A stretch of 64,000 nucleotides of DNA, taken from assembly GCA_050728655.1 (NCBI GenBank), contig JBOHJQ010000001.1, positions 7,146-71,145 of the forward strand, given 5' to 3'. The first letter of the stretch is position 1, and every line of letters starts with the position of its first letter. Both the position numbers and the translations under genes were made by a program. The notes under the pieces were generated by a model that had not been told where the DNA came from, made no database searches, and worked only from the letters and a program-made list of their open reading frames with translations. Below, one piece after another: positions 17,150 to 28,520 of the stretch. This DNA comes from Methylocella sp. Its GTDB lineage: Bacteria > Pseudomonadota > Alphaproteobacteria > Rhizobiales > Beijerinckiaceae.

Positions 17150-18790
17150 GTGGATAAAACCATGACCCACATGCAACCGAAAGCGACGCCAGCCTGGCAG
17201 GCCCTGAGGGCCCACTACGGTAAGTTCAAGACGCTGCATCTGCGCGAGATGTTTGCGCAGGACCCCGGCCGTGGCGAGCGGTTTGTGGCGGAAGGGGCTG
17301 GACTTTATCTCGACTACTCAAAGAACCGCATTACCGAGGAGACGCTGCGGCTGTTGCTGCGGCTTGCGGAGGAGCGCGGCGTCGCGGCGCGGCGCGACGC
17401 GATGTTTCGCGGGGAAAAGATCAATATCACCGAAGGGCGCGCCGCCTTTCATGTGGCGCTGCGGGCGCCCAAAGGATCGGTCATGCGGATCGATGGCCTT
17501 GATGTCGTGCCCGATGTTCACGCGGTCCTCGACCACATGGGCGAATTCGCCCGGCGGCTGCGGGATGGGACGTGGCTGGGGCATACCGGCAAGCCTATCA
17601 GGAACGTCGTCAATATCGGCATCGGCGGATCTTATCTCGGTCCGGAAATGGCCTATCGGGCGTTGCGCTCCTGCACCGACCGGTCGATGATATTTCGCTT
17701 CGTCGCAAATGTGGACGGCGCCGCTTTCGACGAGGCGACCGGCGACCTCGATCCGCGCGAGACGTTGTTCATCGTGGCGTCCAAGACGTTCACGACGCTG
17801 GAGACGATGTCCAATGCCGCCACCGCGCGGAATTGGATCGTGCAGGCGCTCGGCAGCGACGCCGCGGTGGCCAAGCACTTCGTCGCGGTCTCTACCAATG
17901 CTCGCGAGGTCAAGGAGTTTGGGATCGACACGGCGCAAATGTTCGGCTTCTGGGACTGGGTCGGGGGCCGCTATTCGATGGATTCCGCGATCGGGCTATC
18001 GACCATGCTCGCCATCGGCCGCGAAAACTTCGCCGACATGCTCGCCGGCTTTCACGCGATGGATGAGCATTTTCGGACCGCGCCGCTTGGCACAAACCTG
18101 CCGATCCTGCTCGGATTGCTTACCGTTTGGTATAATAATTTCTTCGAGGCGCAGACGGTCGGAATCATGCCTTATTCGGCAGCCCTCGCACGCTTTCCAG
18201 CCTATTTGCAGCAATTGCAAATGGAGAGCAACGGCAAACATGTGGATTTCGAAGGCCAGGCCGTCGACTATCAAACCGGCCCGATTATCTGGGGCGAGCC
18301 TGGCACCGACGGCCAGCATTCTTTCTACCAGCTGATCCATCAGGGTACCAAACTTATTCCCTGCGATCTCATCGGCTTCTGTCGGCCGCTCAGCCAGCAT
18401 CGGGAGCATCACGATCTCCTTATCGCCAATCTCTTCGCGCAGGCCGAGGGGCTGGCATTCGGCAGGACGGTCGAGGAGCTTGCGGCGGAGGGAGCTTCCA
18501 CTTTCCAGATACCGTTCCGGGTGACGGAGGGAAACCAGCCAACCAATGTCATTTTGGCGGATGCGCTCACCCCGCAAAGCCTCGGCAGCCTCGTGGCTCT
18601 TTATGAGCACAGCGTATTTACCCAAGGCGCGGTGTGGGCGATCGACAGTTTTGACCAGTGGGGCGTGGAACTCGGCAAGATATTGGCGACGCGCATCATC
18701 GAGGAGTTGCGATCTGGCGGCGAGCCAAGTCCCGCCCACGACAGCTCAACCAATGCTCTCATCCGGCGTTATCGCCATAGGCGCGGCTGA
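17150..18790 (+). CDS. pgi: Glucose-6-phosphate isomerase
   Basis: [29 protein letters not shown] and [17 protein letters not shown]. The start is GTG 17150, or alternatively ATG 17162. Confidence 0.95.
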   Translation: MDKTMTHMQPKATPAWQALRAHYGKFKTLHLREMFAQDPGRGERFVAEGAGLYLDYSKNRITEETLRLLLRLAEERGVAARRDAMFRGEKINITEGRAAFHVALRAPKGSVMRIDGLDVVPDVHAVLDHMGEFARRLRDGTWLGHTGKPIRNVVNIGIGGSYLGPEMAYRALRSCTDRSMIFRFVANVDGAAFDEATGDLDPRETLFIVASKTFTTLETMSNAATARNWIVQALGSDAAVAKHFVAVSTNAREVKEFGIDTAQMFGFWDWVGGRYSMDSAIGLSTMLAIGRENFADMLAGFHAMDEHFRTAPLGTNLPILLGLLTVWYNNFFEAQTVGIMPYSAALARFPAYLQQLQMESNGKHVDFEGQAVDYQTGPIIWGEPGTDGQHSFYQLIHQGTKLIPCDLIGFCRPLSQHREHHDLLIANLFAQAEGLAFGRTVEELAAEGASTFQIPFRVTEGNQPTNVILADALTPQSLGSLVALYEHSVFTQGAVWAIDSFDQWGVELGKILATRIIEELRSGGEPSPAHDSSTNALIRRYRHRRG

Positions 18791-18968
18791 TGCTACATCC
18801 AAAACGTAAGGCGCATTCCCGCCGTCGTTGGACTGCGACAGATAGATGTGATTACGCTTCGTCCCACCCTTTAGCGTCAAAAGGAAGCGAGCAAACAATG
18901 GTCGTTTATCCCGCATTCCCGGGATTACCTACAATTGTTGCTGCGCAAATGCGACGAGGAGAGCGGCG

Positions 18969-19910
18969 ATGACACCGCGGGTAAGAGAGATTCTGAGCTG
19001 GTATGGCGCGGATAGCGCTGGGACACTGACCAACCTGGCCCGGCTATTGAACCACGGCCGGCTGGCGGGAACCGGCAAACTAGTGATTTTGCCGGTCGAT
19101 CAGGGCTTCGAGCATGGGCCGGCGCGCTCCTTCGCCGCAAATCCGCCGGCTTACAATCCGCACTACCACTTCGAGCTCGCGATCGAAGCGCGTTGCAATG
19201 CGTACGCTGCGCCGCTCGGCTTCCTGGAGGCAGGCGCCCGCGATTTCGCGGGGGAAATTCCGCTCATCCTCAAAACCAACGACAATGACGCGCTGCGGGA
19301 CGAGAAAGATCCGAACCAGGCATTAACCGCTAGCGTGCAGGACGCGCTTCGTCTCGGCTGCTGCGCGGTCGGGTTTACGATCTACCCGGGATCGGCGCAC
19401 GAGCTTGCGATGTACGGACAGCTCCGCGCCTATGCCGAGGAGGCAAAACGCAACGGGCTCGCGGTCGTCATCTGGTCCTATCCGCGTGGATCGGGACTGA
19501 GCAAGGACGGCGAAACAGCGATCGATGTCGTTGGCTATGCCGTCCAGATCGCGGCTCAGCTCGGGGCGCACGTCATCAAGGTGAAGCTACCGACGGCGCA
19601 TATCGAGCAAGACGCGGCTCGCAAGGTATATGACGAGCGGCGCATTCCGATCGCGACCGCGGCGGAGCGCGTCCGTCACGTCGTTGATTGTGCTTTCGCT
19701 GGCCACCGCATCGTTATCTTTTCGGGCGGTGCCGCGGTCTTCGATGACGACAAGCTGCTCGATGAGATCCGTGCGATCCATGCCGGTGGCGGGTTTGGTT
19801 CGATCATTGGTCGCAACTCATTCCAACGGCCGAAGGAGGAGGCGCTCCGGATGCTTAGCGCGGTCATGGACATTTATGCGGCGGCGCCAGACCGGAATCG
19901 AACGCGTTGA
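18969..19910 (+). CDS. fbaB: Class I fructose-bisphosphate aldolase, FbaB/DhnA type
   Basis: NHGRLAGTGKLVILPVDQGFEHGPARSFAANPPAYNP aligns closely with E. coli FbaB ([32 protein letters not shown]). The Schiff-base Lys context IKVKLP is present. Confidence 0.85.
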   Translation: MTPRVREILSWYGADSAGTLTNLARLLNHGRLAGTGKLVILPVDQGFEHGPARSFAANPPAYNPHYHFELAIEARCNAYAAPLGFLEAGARDFAGEIPLILKTNDNDALRDEKDPNQALTASVQDALRLGCCAVGFTIYPGSAHELAMYGQLRAYAEEAKRNGLAVVIWSYPRGSGLSKDGETAIDVVGYAVQIAAQLGAHVIKVKLPTAHIEQDAARKVYDERRIPIATAAERVRHVVDCAFAGHRIVIFSGGAAVFDDDKLLDEIRAIHAGGGFGSIIGRNSFQRPKEEALRMLSAVMDIYAAAPDRNRTR

Positions 19911-20108
19911 GCGCCGGGGAGTCATGCCGCAAGTTGGCCGGCGCGTTCATGTTGCTTTTGTCCTCGCCCAAGCCGAGACCGGCGCCAAGCCGCGCACCAG
20001 GGAACAGCGGATGCCGGCTTAGCGAAAAAGTCGCATCGTCAGAACGAATTTGATGTTGAGCTTCCTGGCGAACGATGCACGGTCGCAATTCTCGAGGAAG
20101 GACCCGGT

Positions 20109-22277
20109 ATGCTGCGATCCGGCGAACTTGCCCTTATCGAGCGTCTCATCGCGGAGATGACGCTCGAAGAGAAGCTCGGTCAGCTGACGATGATCAGCGC
20201 CGAGCTTATCCAAACCGGTCCAACCTCCGCGCTCATAACTCCGACATTAATCAGAGAGGGACGAATCGGGAGCCTCCTCAATCTGTGGGGCGCCGCGCGG
20301 GTGCGCGAGGTGCAGCGGCTCGCTGTCGAGGAATCTCGGCTCAAGATCCCACTCTTCTTCGGCTTGGATGTGGTGCATGGGCACAAGACCATGTTTCCGA
20401 TTCCGCTCGGCGAAACCTGTGCCTTCGATCCTCAACTGTGGGGGCGAACAGCTCGGGCGGCGGCGGAAGAAGCAGCTGCCGATGGCGTCGACCTGACTTT
20501 CGCTCCCATGCTCGACGTCGCGCGCGATCCGCGCTGGGGACGGACCGCCGAGGGCCCAGGCGAGGACACCTTTGTCGCGGCACGTTTCGCGGAAGCGAAG
20601 GTGCGCGGCTTCCAGTCGCCGCATCTTGGCGACGCAAGTGCCATCGCGGCGACTGCCAAGCATCTTGCCGCCTACGGAGCCGTCACCGCGGGCCGGGAAT
20701 ATGCTTCGGTCGACATCTCCCAACGGCAATTGCACGAGGTCTATCTGCCACCCTTCCGTGCGGCCGTGGCGGCTGGCGTCGCGGCGATCATGCCCGCCTT
20801 CACGGATCTCGACGGAATGCCGATGACGGCCAATGCCGCCATATTGCGTGATCTCGTGCGCGGCAAATGGGGCTTCTCGGGCGTCATGATCAGCGATTAC
20901 GGGGCGGTCGCCGAGCTTGTTGCGCACGGAGTTGCCGAGGATCTTGCCGACGCCGCAGCACTTGCGCTCGCTGCCGGTGTCGATATCGATATGATGGGTG
21001 GCGGCGCCTATGCCGAGGGGCTGCCGCGTGCCTTGGAGCGCGGCAAAGCAACGGTCGAAGCCATCGACGCGGCCGTCCGACGCGTGCTCGCGTTGAAGGC
21101 GAGACTAGGATTGCTCGAGGATCCCTTTAGGCGCTGCGGAACGGCGAGCGCGCTCGACGCCGGCAACGCCGGCAGCAAGCGCCGGCAACTTGCCTTCGAG
21201 GCCGCTTGCCGTTCGATCGTGCTGTTAAAGAACAAAGGCGGCATATTGCCGCTTCGCGATGGTCGCAGGTCGATTTCGGTCATCGGACCGCTCGCCGACG
21301 CCGGCGGCGAATTCCAGGAGCCAGGGTCAGTTTCCGGAATTGCGGGCAAGGCGATTGCGGTTGTTGATGGGCTGCGCGGCGCGCTGCCCGAAGCTGCGAT
21401 CTCCCTCGCCCCCGGTTGTGGGATCGACCGGATTGAGGATAGCGGCAAGGCGCGCGCGCTCGAGCTGGCGCGGCAAAGCGACATTGTGGTCCTTTGCCTG
21501 GGAGAGACGCCGGCGATGAGCGGGGAAGCCGCGAGCCGCGCCCGCCCGGGCCTGCTCACGGCTCAAGCCGAGCTCGCGCGCGCCGTCATCGCGCTCAAAA
21601 AGCCGGTGATCGCCCTCTTGTTCTCGGGCCGCCCGCTCGTCCTGCCGGATTGGCTGGTGGGGGGAGCCGACGCGCTTCTGGCGCTTTGGTTCCCGGGCAG
21701 CGAAGCCGGTCGGGCGATCGGCGACGTGCTGAGCGGCCACTTCAATCCGAGTGGACGGCTTTGCATGTCTTGGCCCGTCGATGTCGGGCAGATTCCCATT
21801 TTCTTCGGGCAACGTCCGACCGGGCGCCCGGCAGCGGCCGACATCCGCTATTCGAGCAAATACCTCGACGTGGCGGTTGAGCCGCTGTTTGGCTTCGGGC
21901 ACGGATTGTCCTATGGCCAGTTCGGCTTGAGCGGGCTTAGGGTCGATCGATCCGAGTTGCATGCGGGCGAATGGCTTCATGTGGAGGTGGACGTCACCAA
22001 TCTGGGTGCGGTTGCCGGCGAGGAGACGATCCTCCTCTTCATTCACGATCTGGTCGCCAGCGTTGCCCGGCCGCTGCTCGAGCTCAAGGGCTTTCACAAG
22101 ATTGCGCTCGCTGCAGACCAGCGTGGCACGGTTCGCTTCCGCCTCGCCGCGGAGGATCTTCGCTTCGTTGGACCGGATCTTGCTCCCCGGCTGGAGCCGG
22201 GAGCCTTCGATCTCTATGTTGGCCGAAGCGCCGCGAGGGACACGCTCTTGCGCATGCGCATCGAGCTCCTCAGTTGA
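20109..22277 (+). CDS. bglX: Glycoside hydrolase family 3 beta-glucosidase (BglX-like, no obvious signal peptide)
   Basis: EEKLGQL, GLDVVHGH, ARDPRWGRTAEGPGEDT, KHLAAYG and ISDYGAV (the nucleophile Asp context), plus the C-terminal GH3 and fibronectin-like regions. Confidence 0.9.
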   Translation: MLRSGELALIERLIAEMTLEEKLGQLTMISAELIQTGPTSALITPTLIREGRIGSLLNLWGAARVREVQRLAVEESRLKIPLFFGLDVVHGHKTMFPIPLGETCAFDPQLWGRTARAAAEEAAADGVDLTFAPMLDVARDPRWGRTAEGPGEDTFVAARFAEAKVRGFQSPHLGDASAIAATAKHLAAYGAVTAGREYASVDISQRQLHEVYLPPFRAAVAAGVAAIMPAFTDLDGMPMTANAAILRDLVRGKWGFSGVMISDYGAVAELVAHGVAEDLADAAALALAAGVDIDMMGGGAYAEGLPRALERGKATVEAIDAAVRRVLALKARLGLLEDPFRRCGTASALDAGNAGSKRRQLAFEAACRSIVLLKNKGGILPLRDGRRSISVIGPLADAGGEFQEPGSVSGIAGKAIAVVDGLRGALPEAAISLAPGCGIDRIEDSGKARALELARQSDIVVLCLGETPAMSGEAASRARPGLLTAQAELARAVIALKKPVIALLFSGRPLVLPDWLVGGADALLALWFPGSEAGRAIGDVLSGHFNPSGRLCMSWPVDVGQIPIFFGQRPTGRPAAADIRYSSKYLDVAVEPLFGFGHGLSYGQFGLSGLRVDRSELHAGEWLHVEVDVTNLGAVAGEETILLFIHDLVASVARPLLELKGFHKIALAADQRGTVRFRLAAEDLRFVGPDLAPRLEPGAFDLYVGRSAARDTLLRMRIELLS

Positions 22278-22774
22278 TTCATGCCGGCGGGGCGATGCCT
22301 TCGGACAGGCTTGGCGCGCAAGGCGAATTTGCGAAAGCATCCGAGAGCGCCAAGACTCTTGCCAAAGGGCGACAGGTCTTTGGGTTCGCAAGAATAAACC
22401 ACGCCACTCAAAAGCGCACGGCCGTCCGGCACGCGCGCTCTCTGCTCTCGGCCGCGCCGCCCGCCGCAAACTCTCCGCCGCAAGAGCTTTTCTCCAGTCC
22501 CTTCAAGCCTTGCTCGACATAGGCGCCGGGCGCATCCCGGAAAATCTAACCTCTTCTACAACCTGCGCGTGAGAATCGGGTCCTATGATTGGGCCTGCTG
22601 GGGTGCGGGCACAATCGCCCTGCGCGCGGCCAATGACCGGCGCGGCCGCGACGAAATGCCTTCTGGTTAACCGATTGACGATTGACATCACTACATTATC
22701 TTGTTAAATAGTCACGCCAGAGGTCAGGCTAAATGTAACGAAATCATGATGTTACCGTGACTGCGAAGGTTGCC

Positions 22775-23884
22775 ATGTCACCGCACTTGATGATCCTTGG
22801 GTGCCGGGGAGTGCCTGCGGATCATGGGGGGTTCGAAACCTTCGCCGAGCAGATCGCCCTATTCCTTACGGGGAAGGGGTGGGCGGTCTCTGTCTATTGT
22901 CAGGCAGATGAGAGCAAGGCGTCCGCGATTGATGTGCGAGAGTGGCGCGGAGTCACCCGGTTGGTTGTGCCGACGCGCGCAAAGGGATCCCTTGGTTCCA
23001 TTATATTCGATTGGAAGTCGATATTGCACGCGATGCGCCGCCCTGGTGTGTTGCTGGTTCTAGGTTTCAACACGGGCGTTTTCGCGGTTTTGCCGCGATT
23101 GTTAGGCCGCCGGGTGATGATTAGTATGGACGGGTTCGAGTGGCGGCGAACCAAATGGTCACCGCCCGTTCAACTCTGGTTCTGGATGAATGCGCGCCTC
23201 GCCGCGGCTTTGGGAATAACTCTTATCGCGGATCATCCACTCATCAGGGAGTATTATGGAGCCTTTATACGCCACGGCAAGGTCGTGATGATCCCTTACG
23301 GAGCCGCGCCAAATGTAAAGGTCGGGATAGAACCTTTAAGAGCGCTGAATTTGACCCCAGGGGGATATTTCCTGATTGTCTGTCGCATCGAACCAGAAAA
23401 TTCCGTGTTGGAGATCGTGCGCGCGTTCTCCGCGGTCAAAGGGCCACGTTTCCTGGTGGTTCTCGGCAAAATGGACAAGAACCACCCATATCAGGCCGCT
23501 GTTCTTCAGGCCGCCAGCGATAAGGTGAAATTTCTCGGCGCCATCTACGAACCGCAAATCACGTCTAGCTTGAGGAAGCACGCGCGGGCCTATTGTCATG
23601 GGCACCGGGTGGGCGGAACGAACCCTTCCTTGGTCGAGTCGCTTTCTTTTGGAACCGCGATCATCGCTCATGATAACCAATTCAATCGCTGGACCGCAGG
23701 CGAGGGGCAATTCTATTTCTACGACGTAGAATCCTGCTTGAGGTGCATTAGCCAAGTTGATGCCGACGACGAAGCGGTAACACGGGCGCAAGCCGCCGCT
23801 GCGGAACGCTTCCAGAGCGATTTCACGCTGGATTCAGTTTTATATTCTTATGAGAAGCTACTTTTGGCCTATCATTATACATGA
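22775..23884 (+). CDS. GT4-family glycosyltransferase with a DUF1972-type N-terminus
   Basis: MSPHLMILGCRGVPADHGGFETFAEQIA is the typical DUF1972 start. The C-terminal half carries a GT1/GT4 E-x7-E-like region (HGHRVGGTNPSLVESLSFG). The track start at GTG 22757 is also possible. Confidence 0.8.
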   Translation: MSPHLMILGCRGVPADHGGFETFAEQIALFLTGKGWAVSVYCQADESKASAIDVREWRGVTRLVVPTRAKGSLGSIIFDWKSILHAMRRPGVLLVLGFNTGVFAVLPRLLGRRVMISMDGFEWRRTKWSPPVQLWFWMNARLAAALGITLIADHPLIREYYGAFIRHGKVVMIPYGAAPNVKVGIEPLRALNLTPGGYFLIVCRIEPENSVLEIVRAFSAVKGPRFLVVLGKMDKNHPYQAAVLQAASDKVKFLGAIYEPQITSSLRKHARAYCHGHRVGGTNPSLVESLSFGTAIIAHDNQFNRWTAGEGQFYFYDVESCLRCISQVDADDEAVTRAQAAAAERFQSDFTLDSVLYSYEKLLLAYHYT

Positions 23885-24069
23885 CTATTCAGGTAGCATA
23901 GCTAACGTGTTTTGCCTGGATGCATGACTTGACCCGGCCCGGGCGCTTGTGGATCGATTTACGGATCGACGAGGTGGCAGCGACGCGGTCGTCACGGGTC
24001 TTGGCGCGCGATTTGTTTTTGATCGTCGCTAGCTTCGCCTATTGGGTCTGAATCAATTGAGTCCGGACC

Positions 24070-24918
24070 CTAAAAGGATCTCGGCTTGCTGGCGGTTACA
24101 AGGGTTTCCCGTGGGTTGAGCCCTAGACTTTTTGCCTCTTCGGGGAAATCGTCGTAACCGTTAAATGGCGTCACATGAAATCCGGTTTTCCGAAGGCGGT
24201 TCATGAAGTCGTCACGCCCATAGATACGGACATGGTCCCACTGTCCGAACCGGCGTTCCTGTTCGCGCGGGTCTTTAACGGAGGGGTCTTCCTCGGTCGG
24301 AAGCCCGTCGCAGGCGAGCGGCACCATCAGCATCGCGGTCGCTTCCGGTTTAAGCACGCGCAGGATTTCTTGCATCGCCGCCCGGTCGTCTGGAATATGT
24401 TCAAGGATGTGCGAACAGATGACGGCATCGAACGAATCCCCTTCGAACGGCAGGTCGGTCAGGTTTGCTTCGTGCATGTTTTCTATGTGGCGGTAGCGGG
24501 AACGGTCCAGATCGGTCGCCACGTAATCCATGTTGCCCTGACGCTTCAGCCACAAAAAGAGTCCGAACTCGGGCGCGATGTGAAGGACGCGCAAGGTGCA
24601 CTGTCCCGCGTGCAACACATTTTTCAGGTAAAGCATCATCAGGCGCATGCGATCAGAACTGCGGCAGACAGGGCACTCATCATGTTCCCGGCGCAGCCCG
24701 CCGACAACTTGGCGACGCTCTAACACTTCAAAGCCGCCGCCGTGTGAAATATAGGTGCGCACAGAATTACAGCACATCGGGCATGTTTCGCCATTTCCAC
24801 TGTACAGAATCTTCCGTAACTGAAACCGTACCGGTTGCGGCAGCAGTCCAGCCACTTTCCGGCGCACTGATACCATGCTGATTCTTCCGTATGCGGTAAA
24901 TTTGTTACTCATGTACAT
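24070..24918 (-). CDS. Class I SAM-dependent methyltransferase with an N-terminal CxxC...CxxC zinc-ribbon-like element
   Basis: CPMCCNS...CPVCRSSDR precedes VLHIAPE (a degenerate motif I), FDAVICSHILEHI and LKPEATAMLMVP. Confidence 0.8.
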   Translation of the reverse strand: MYMSNKFTAYGRISMVSVRRKVAGLLPQPVRFQLRKILYSGNGETCPMCCNSVRTYISHGGGFEVLERRQVVGGLRREHDECPVCRSSDRMRLMMLYLKNVLHAGQCTLRVLHIAPEFGLFLWLKRQGNMDYVATDLDRSRYRHIENMHEANLTDLPFEGDSFDAVICSHILEHIPDDRAAMQEILRVLKPEATAMLMVPLACDGLPTEEDPSVKDPREQERRFGQWDHVRIYGRDDFMNRLRKTGFHVTPFNGYDDFPEEAKSLGLNPRETLVTASKPRSF

Positions 24919-24931
24919 TCCAGTTTTCCAT

Positions 24932-25165
24932 TTATAAGGATCCCAGGCACGAAATCGGAAGCGTTGATCCTGACTTTCTCAAGCATAGCCTGAATTTGCC
25001 TCGATTGGTAATTGTGGATCGAGCGTCCACTTGATGCTGGCCAATCCGCGCCTGGAGCTGCTCGAGAATGAGTTTGGCCTCGGACAATTTCAAGCCGCGG
25101 TCAGAACCGCCGGCTCGATCCAGATCACGCATGATCGTGATGCAATAAGTTCGGGGCATCTCCAA
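24932..25165 (-). mobile_element. Possible relic of a transposase N-terminus (very tentative)
   Basis: TIMRDLDRAGGSDRGLKLSEAKLILEQLQARIGQHQV resembles the lGLtLaEaKalL..lQ..lv..Qv segment that I recall from ISKra4-type transposase N-termini. The rest of the transposase is absent and I see no inverted repeats. Confidence 0.2.
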
Positions 25166-25321
25166 TGTTTTCCCATCGACGCCGATCGCCCGAAGCCGCG
25201 GGGCTTCCGGTCCCTCGTGACGATCATGGATTGGACGCGCCGCGCGGGGCTGTCGTGGCGGCGGTCGAAGACGATGACCGCCGCGTTCTGCGGCCCGGCG
25301 CCGGAGGAGGCGGTGACGTCT

Positions 25322-26236
25322 CTATCGTGAGTTACGGACCATGAGAGAAAACATTTCCCACGTTCTCCAAAGGCGCAGGCGAGCGAGCACCTTCAAGCCA
25401 CCCCACCGCGATTTGGAGTTAATCAGTTTGGACGACGTTAAGATATGGCAAGCGTGCGGGAGGACAGACAAAGGCATAAGAGATGCGCGTAGCAACCAGC
25501 TCACTATGAAAAAAGGGCGTTCCCGATAAAGCAAATATTCTTCCAACAACATCCGCTTCCATCGCGCGATTAATGCGGACCACGTTTGCCGCGCGGGATG
25601 TTCGACGATCAAGTCCGCTGCATAGCCGAGCCGGAAGTTTTGGGCGCGGGCTCGAAAGGACCAATCCATGTCTTCAGCTACACCGTTCCTAAATGGCCCA
25701 ACGGCATCGAAAACTTTGTGCCATACGGCCATATTGGCAGTGACCGTGAATCCTACCCGGCTTATATAACGTTCACAATCAAACGCGAAAACCATTTCGA
25801 ATGCTTCGATCGGATTCGGACGGAGCGGGTCCTCGCTGGTAACAACAACGCGGCCACCGATAAAATCGTAAGCCTGAATTGCCGCAACCGCTTTCTCGAT
25901 CCAGTCGAAATCGGGCAGACAGTCTGCATCGATGAACGCTAGGATGCTTCCCTTCGACGCAGCGACCCCCGCATTTCGCGCCGGACCAGCGCCTTGCTCG
26001 TTGGCATGGATAACCGTTGCCCCTGGCGCCGCCGCCCGAACCGCGTTTATACCGCAAGTCGAGTTATTGTCCGCGACGATAATTTCGAAACGATCGCGGC
26101 CGAATGTTTGTCTATCGAGAAGCGAGACACAGTTCTTCAATGTCGCAAGGCTGTTGTAGTGCGGGATCACCACCGACACCAAGGGCAGCGGCGCGCTATT
26201 GTTGGTCGCGCTATCATGGGATGATTCCTTGCTCAT
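25322..26236 (-). CDS. Family 2 glycosyltransferase
   Basis: VSVVIPHYNS, ADNNST, ARNAG and FIDADC (DxD). I prefer the start at MSKESSHD (26236). The track ORF extends to 26389. Confidence 0.85.
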   Translation of the reverse strand: MSKESSHDSATNNSAPLPLVSVVIPHYNSLATLKNCVSLLDRQTFGRDRFEIIVADNNSTCGINAVRAAAPGATVIHANEQGAGPARNAGVAASKGSILAFIDADCLPDFDWIEKAVAAIQAYDFIGGRVVVTSEDPLRPNPIEAFEMVFAFDCERYISRVGFTVTANMAVWHKVFDAVGPFRNGVAEDMDWSFRARAQNFRLGYAADLIVEHPARQTWSALIARWKRMLLEEYLLYRERPFFIVSWLLRASLMPLSVLPHACHILTSSKLINSKSRWGGLKVLARLRLWRTWEMFSLMVRNSR

Positions 26237-26704
26237 CGCTAAATCTGTACCACCATCAAAAGTAGCCCGATTTGTTCGCGGCGCTTCACACGAAGCACAT
26301 GCTGGATATTCTCTAACGTGCCAACGTAGGTCCAAGAATTCGAAATAATCGCACGCTTGTATCTCGCGCGGTTTGCGGCCGGTCCTCATCGGCGGGCCTC
26401 TGATCGCCTGCCTATAGAATGATCTCTATCTACGGATCAGAAAATACAGTGAAGCGAGGCCGCATCAAGGGCGCCGGTGTTGCGGCAAGACCTCGACTGC
26501 AAAATTTCCTTGACGCCATTCCAACTGGAAGAAAAAATGATTGCCGCCTGATCAAGGTCAAAAAGCCAAACCCCTCCATCTCTAGACGCCGTCTGTCAGA
26601 TCAAACACCAGCAATTGCATCTTCATGCCGATGGCTACGCCGGGTTCGCCTGTCGCTGCGCTGGGAGCAACCCGGGTGACGTGCATGTTAATGGAAATCT
26701 TTAG

Positions 26705-27430
26705 TCAAATTCTGAGACGCCGGGTATTTGACCGCGCGTCAACTTCCAACCCTTCCCCGCCCACCGCCACCAGCGATTTCGTCAAACCATACACGATCTC
26801 GCTATGGATCGATGAAGTTGGGAAAAGCGCGGCAAACTGCCTGCGGTCAAGCAAATAACTCGACTGCACCAAACGCATTGCCTCACCGACGCTTGTGGCG
26901 CGAGGCCAGAAGCCGAGGCCGCGACTCATAACCAACCGGTAGCGGTACTGCTCGGGGAGCCAGTGGAAAAACGGCGTGCGATTATGCGGCTCGATAGGAA
27001 AACCCCAGTAAGGCGTCTGGACATAATGCAGCCGCGCGACGCGACGCACCTCTCCAGCCATGGCACACATATCGGGCCAGCGGCCGACATGCTCGATGAC
27101 CGAATTGGAATGTGCCACGTCAAATGATTTATCGGCGATACCGTCGAGATTCCGCGCGTCGCCCGTGAGACGTCGAAATCTCCAGTCGAATTCCGAACTG
27201 TATTTGTCCTCGGGATAGCGGAGATTCAGCAGAGAGACTGATACGCGCGCATCGGCCACCAGGTCGGGTCCATAGATACGCCAGTAATCAGGCAAGCCGC
27301 CGATATCAAGGACCCGGCAGGCGCCGGTTTGAGCGAGCACGCTCTCAACCAGCTTTCGGCAGAGAGCGAAGCGCCGCTTCCGAAACGGGTTGTCGTGGCT
27401 GGTTGGAGGGGCGGCGGTGGCTAGGCTCAT
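26705..27430 (-). CDS. Class I SAM-dependent methyltransferase
   Basis: RVLDIGGLPDYW (motif I-like) and FDVAHSNSVIEHV. I prefer the start at MSLATAAPP (27430). The track ORF extends to 27490. Confidence 0.75.
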   Translation of the reverse strand: MSLATAAPPTSHDNPFRKRRFALCRKLVESVLAQTGACRVLDIGGLPDYWRIYGPDLVADARVSVSLLNLRYPEDKYSSEFDWRFRRLTGDARNLDGIADKSFDVAHSNSVIEHVGRWPDMCAMAGEVRRVARLHYVQTPYWGFPIEPHNRTPFFHWLPEQYRYRLVMSRGLGFWPRATSVGEAMRLVQSSYLLDRRQFAALFPTSSIHSEIVYGLTKSLVAVGGEGLEVDARSNTRRLRI

Positions 27431-27785
27431 TCGCACTCGGTATATGCTAGATGGAGAGAAGAAGAGAATACAAGGGTTCTTGAGCCGCAAAATCTGTCGC
27501 GAGAAGATCGCGCGATCGCACGAAATTGAAACTAACTTCTAAGCCTCCGTCGTGCTCGCTACCGCGGCCGGTCAACATGTGGAGTAGCATAACCTCGTGG
27601 CTGTCGAAGAAGTGGATCACGCGGCCGTTCAAAAGATCGGCTGCCTTGACTGCAACACCGCGAAAGGCGAACGGCGCATTTTCCAAGACGTTCTTATTGC
27701 CTGTCGCCTGCGCTAGGTTGCGAACTCCCAATCTCCCTAGTGGTTATTCATGGCCAACCAGCCAATTTCATATTGCTGGGGAGCA

Positions 27786-28520
27786 TCATAAGCGCCGAAA
27801 CGCCGCCTTGGCGATAATAACCGCAAATGCCATGTTTGTGGTGAGGTACCGCTTCCACATCCTGCGTGGCTCCTGCATGGTGCGATATAGCCATTCTAGC
27901 CCCATCCGTTGCATCCAAACGGGAGCCCGCTTGGTGATACGGGCGATGATATCAATACCGCCTCCGACCCCCATGATGAAAGGCACATTGATCGTCTCTC
28001 TATGAGCCGCCAAAAACCGTTCCTTTTGCGGTGTAGGCATACCGATGAATAGGCAGTCGGCTCCGGAAGCACGAATCGCCGCGACCACATCGGCCTCGGA
28101 CTCAGGTGGGTAATAGCCATGCTGCGCCCCTGCGATTTCGAGGTTCGGGAACCGAATTCGCAAGTTGCGGATAGCCGCAGACAAGGCTATTTCCGTCGCA
28201 CCTAGAAAATATGGATGATAGCCCTTGGCCGCACATGTCTCCAGCAAACGTTCCATTAGATCTACGCCCGCGACTCTTTGGGGTACTCCGATCCCAAACA
28301 GACGCGCCGCGAGGACGATACCCATCCCATCGATTCCGATGATATCGCTAGCTAAGACGTCGTCGCGCAACTCTTGATTTTTTTGCATATAAACAAATTT
28401 TGCTACATTCAGAGCCACATGTTGCAGGCGGCAACGCACACGCATGGCTTGCTCGGCCCTCCGCGCGGTTTCCTCAAGGTCTATCAGGTCGACTGGAACG
28501 CCTAGAAAATCTGCCCGCAT
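27786..28520 (-). CDS. WecG/TagA/CpsF-family (GT26) glycosyltransferase
   Basis: FLGVPVDLIDLEETARRAEQAM is the typical GT26 N-terminus. YFLGATEI, IGMPTPQKERF, MGVGGGIDIIA and GLEWLYR are also present. The start is uncertain: 28520 is preferred, and 28607 or 28712 are possible. Confidence 0.8.
   Translation of the reverse strand: MRADFLGVPVDLIDLEETARRAEQAMRVRCRLQHVALNVAKFVYMQKNQELRDDVLASDIIGIDGMGIVLAARLFGIGVPQRVAGVDLMERLLETCAAKGYHPYFLGATEIALSAAIRNLRIRFPNLEIAGAQHGYYPPESEADVVAAIRASGADCLFIGMPTPQKERFLAAHRETINVPFIMGVGGGIDIIARITKRAPVWMQRMGLEWLYRTMQEPRRMWKRYLTTNMAFAVIIAKAAFRRL

Noticed and set aside
21327-22469. 380-aa minus-strand ORF overlapping the 3' half of the GH3 gene.
   Set aside because: It is antisense to a clear GH3 beta-glucosidase and has no recognisable motifs.
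22503-22691. 62-aa minus-strand ORF with a twin-arginine-like start (MMSIVNRLTRRHFVAAAPVIG).
   Set aside because: It looks like a Tat signal peptide, but it is followed by only ~40 residues that do not look protein-like. At best it is a remnant, and that is not enough to call a gene.
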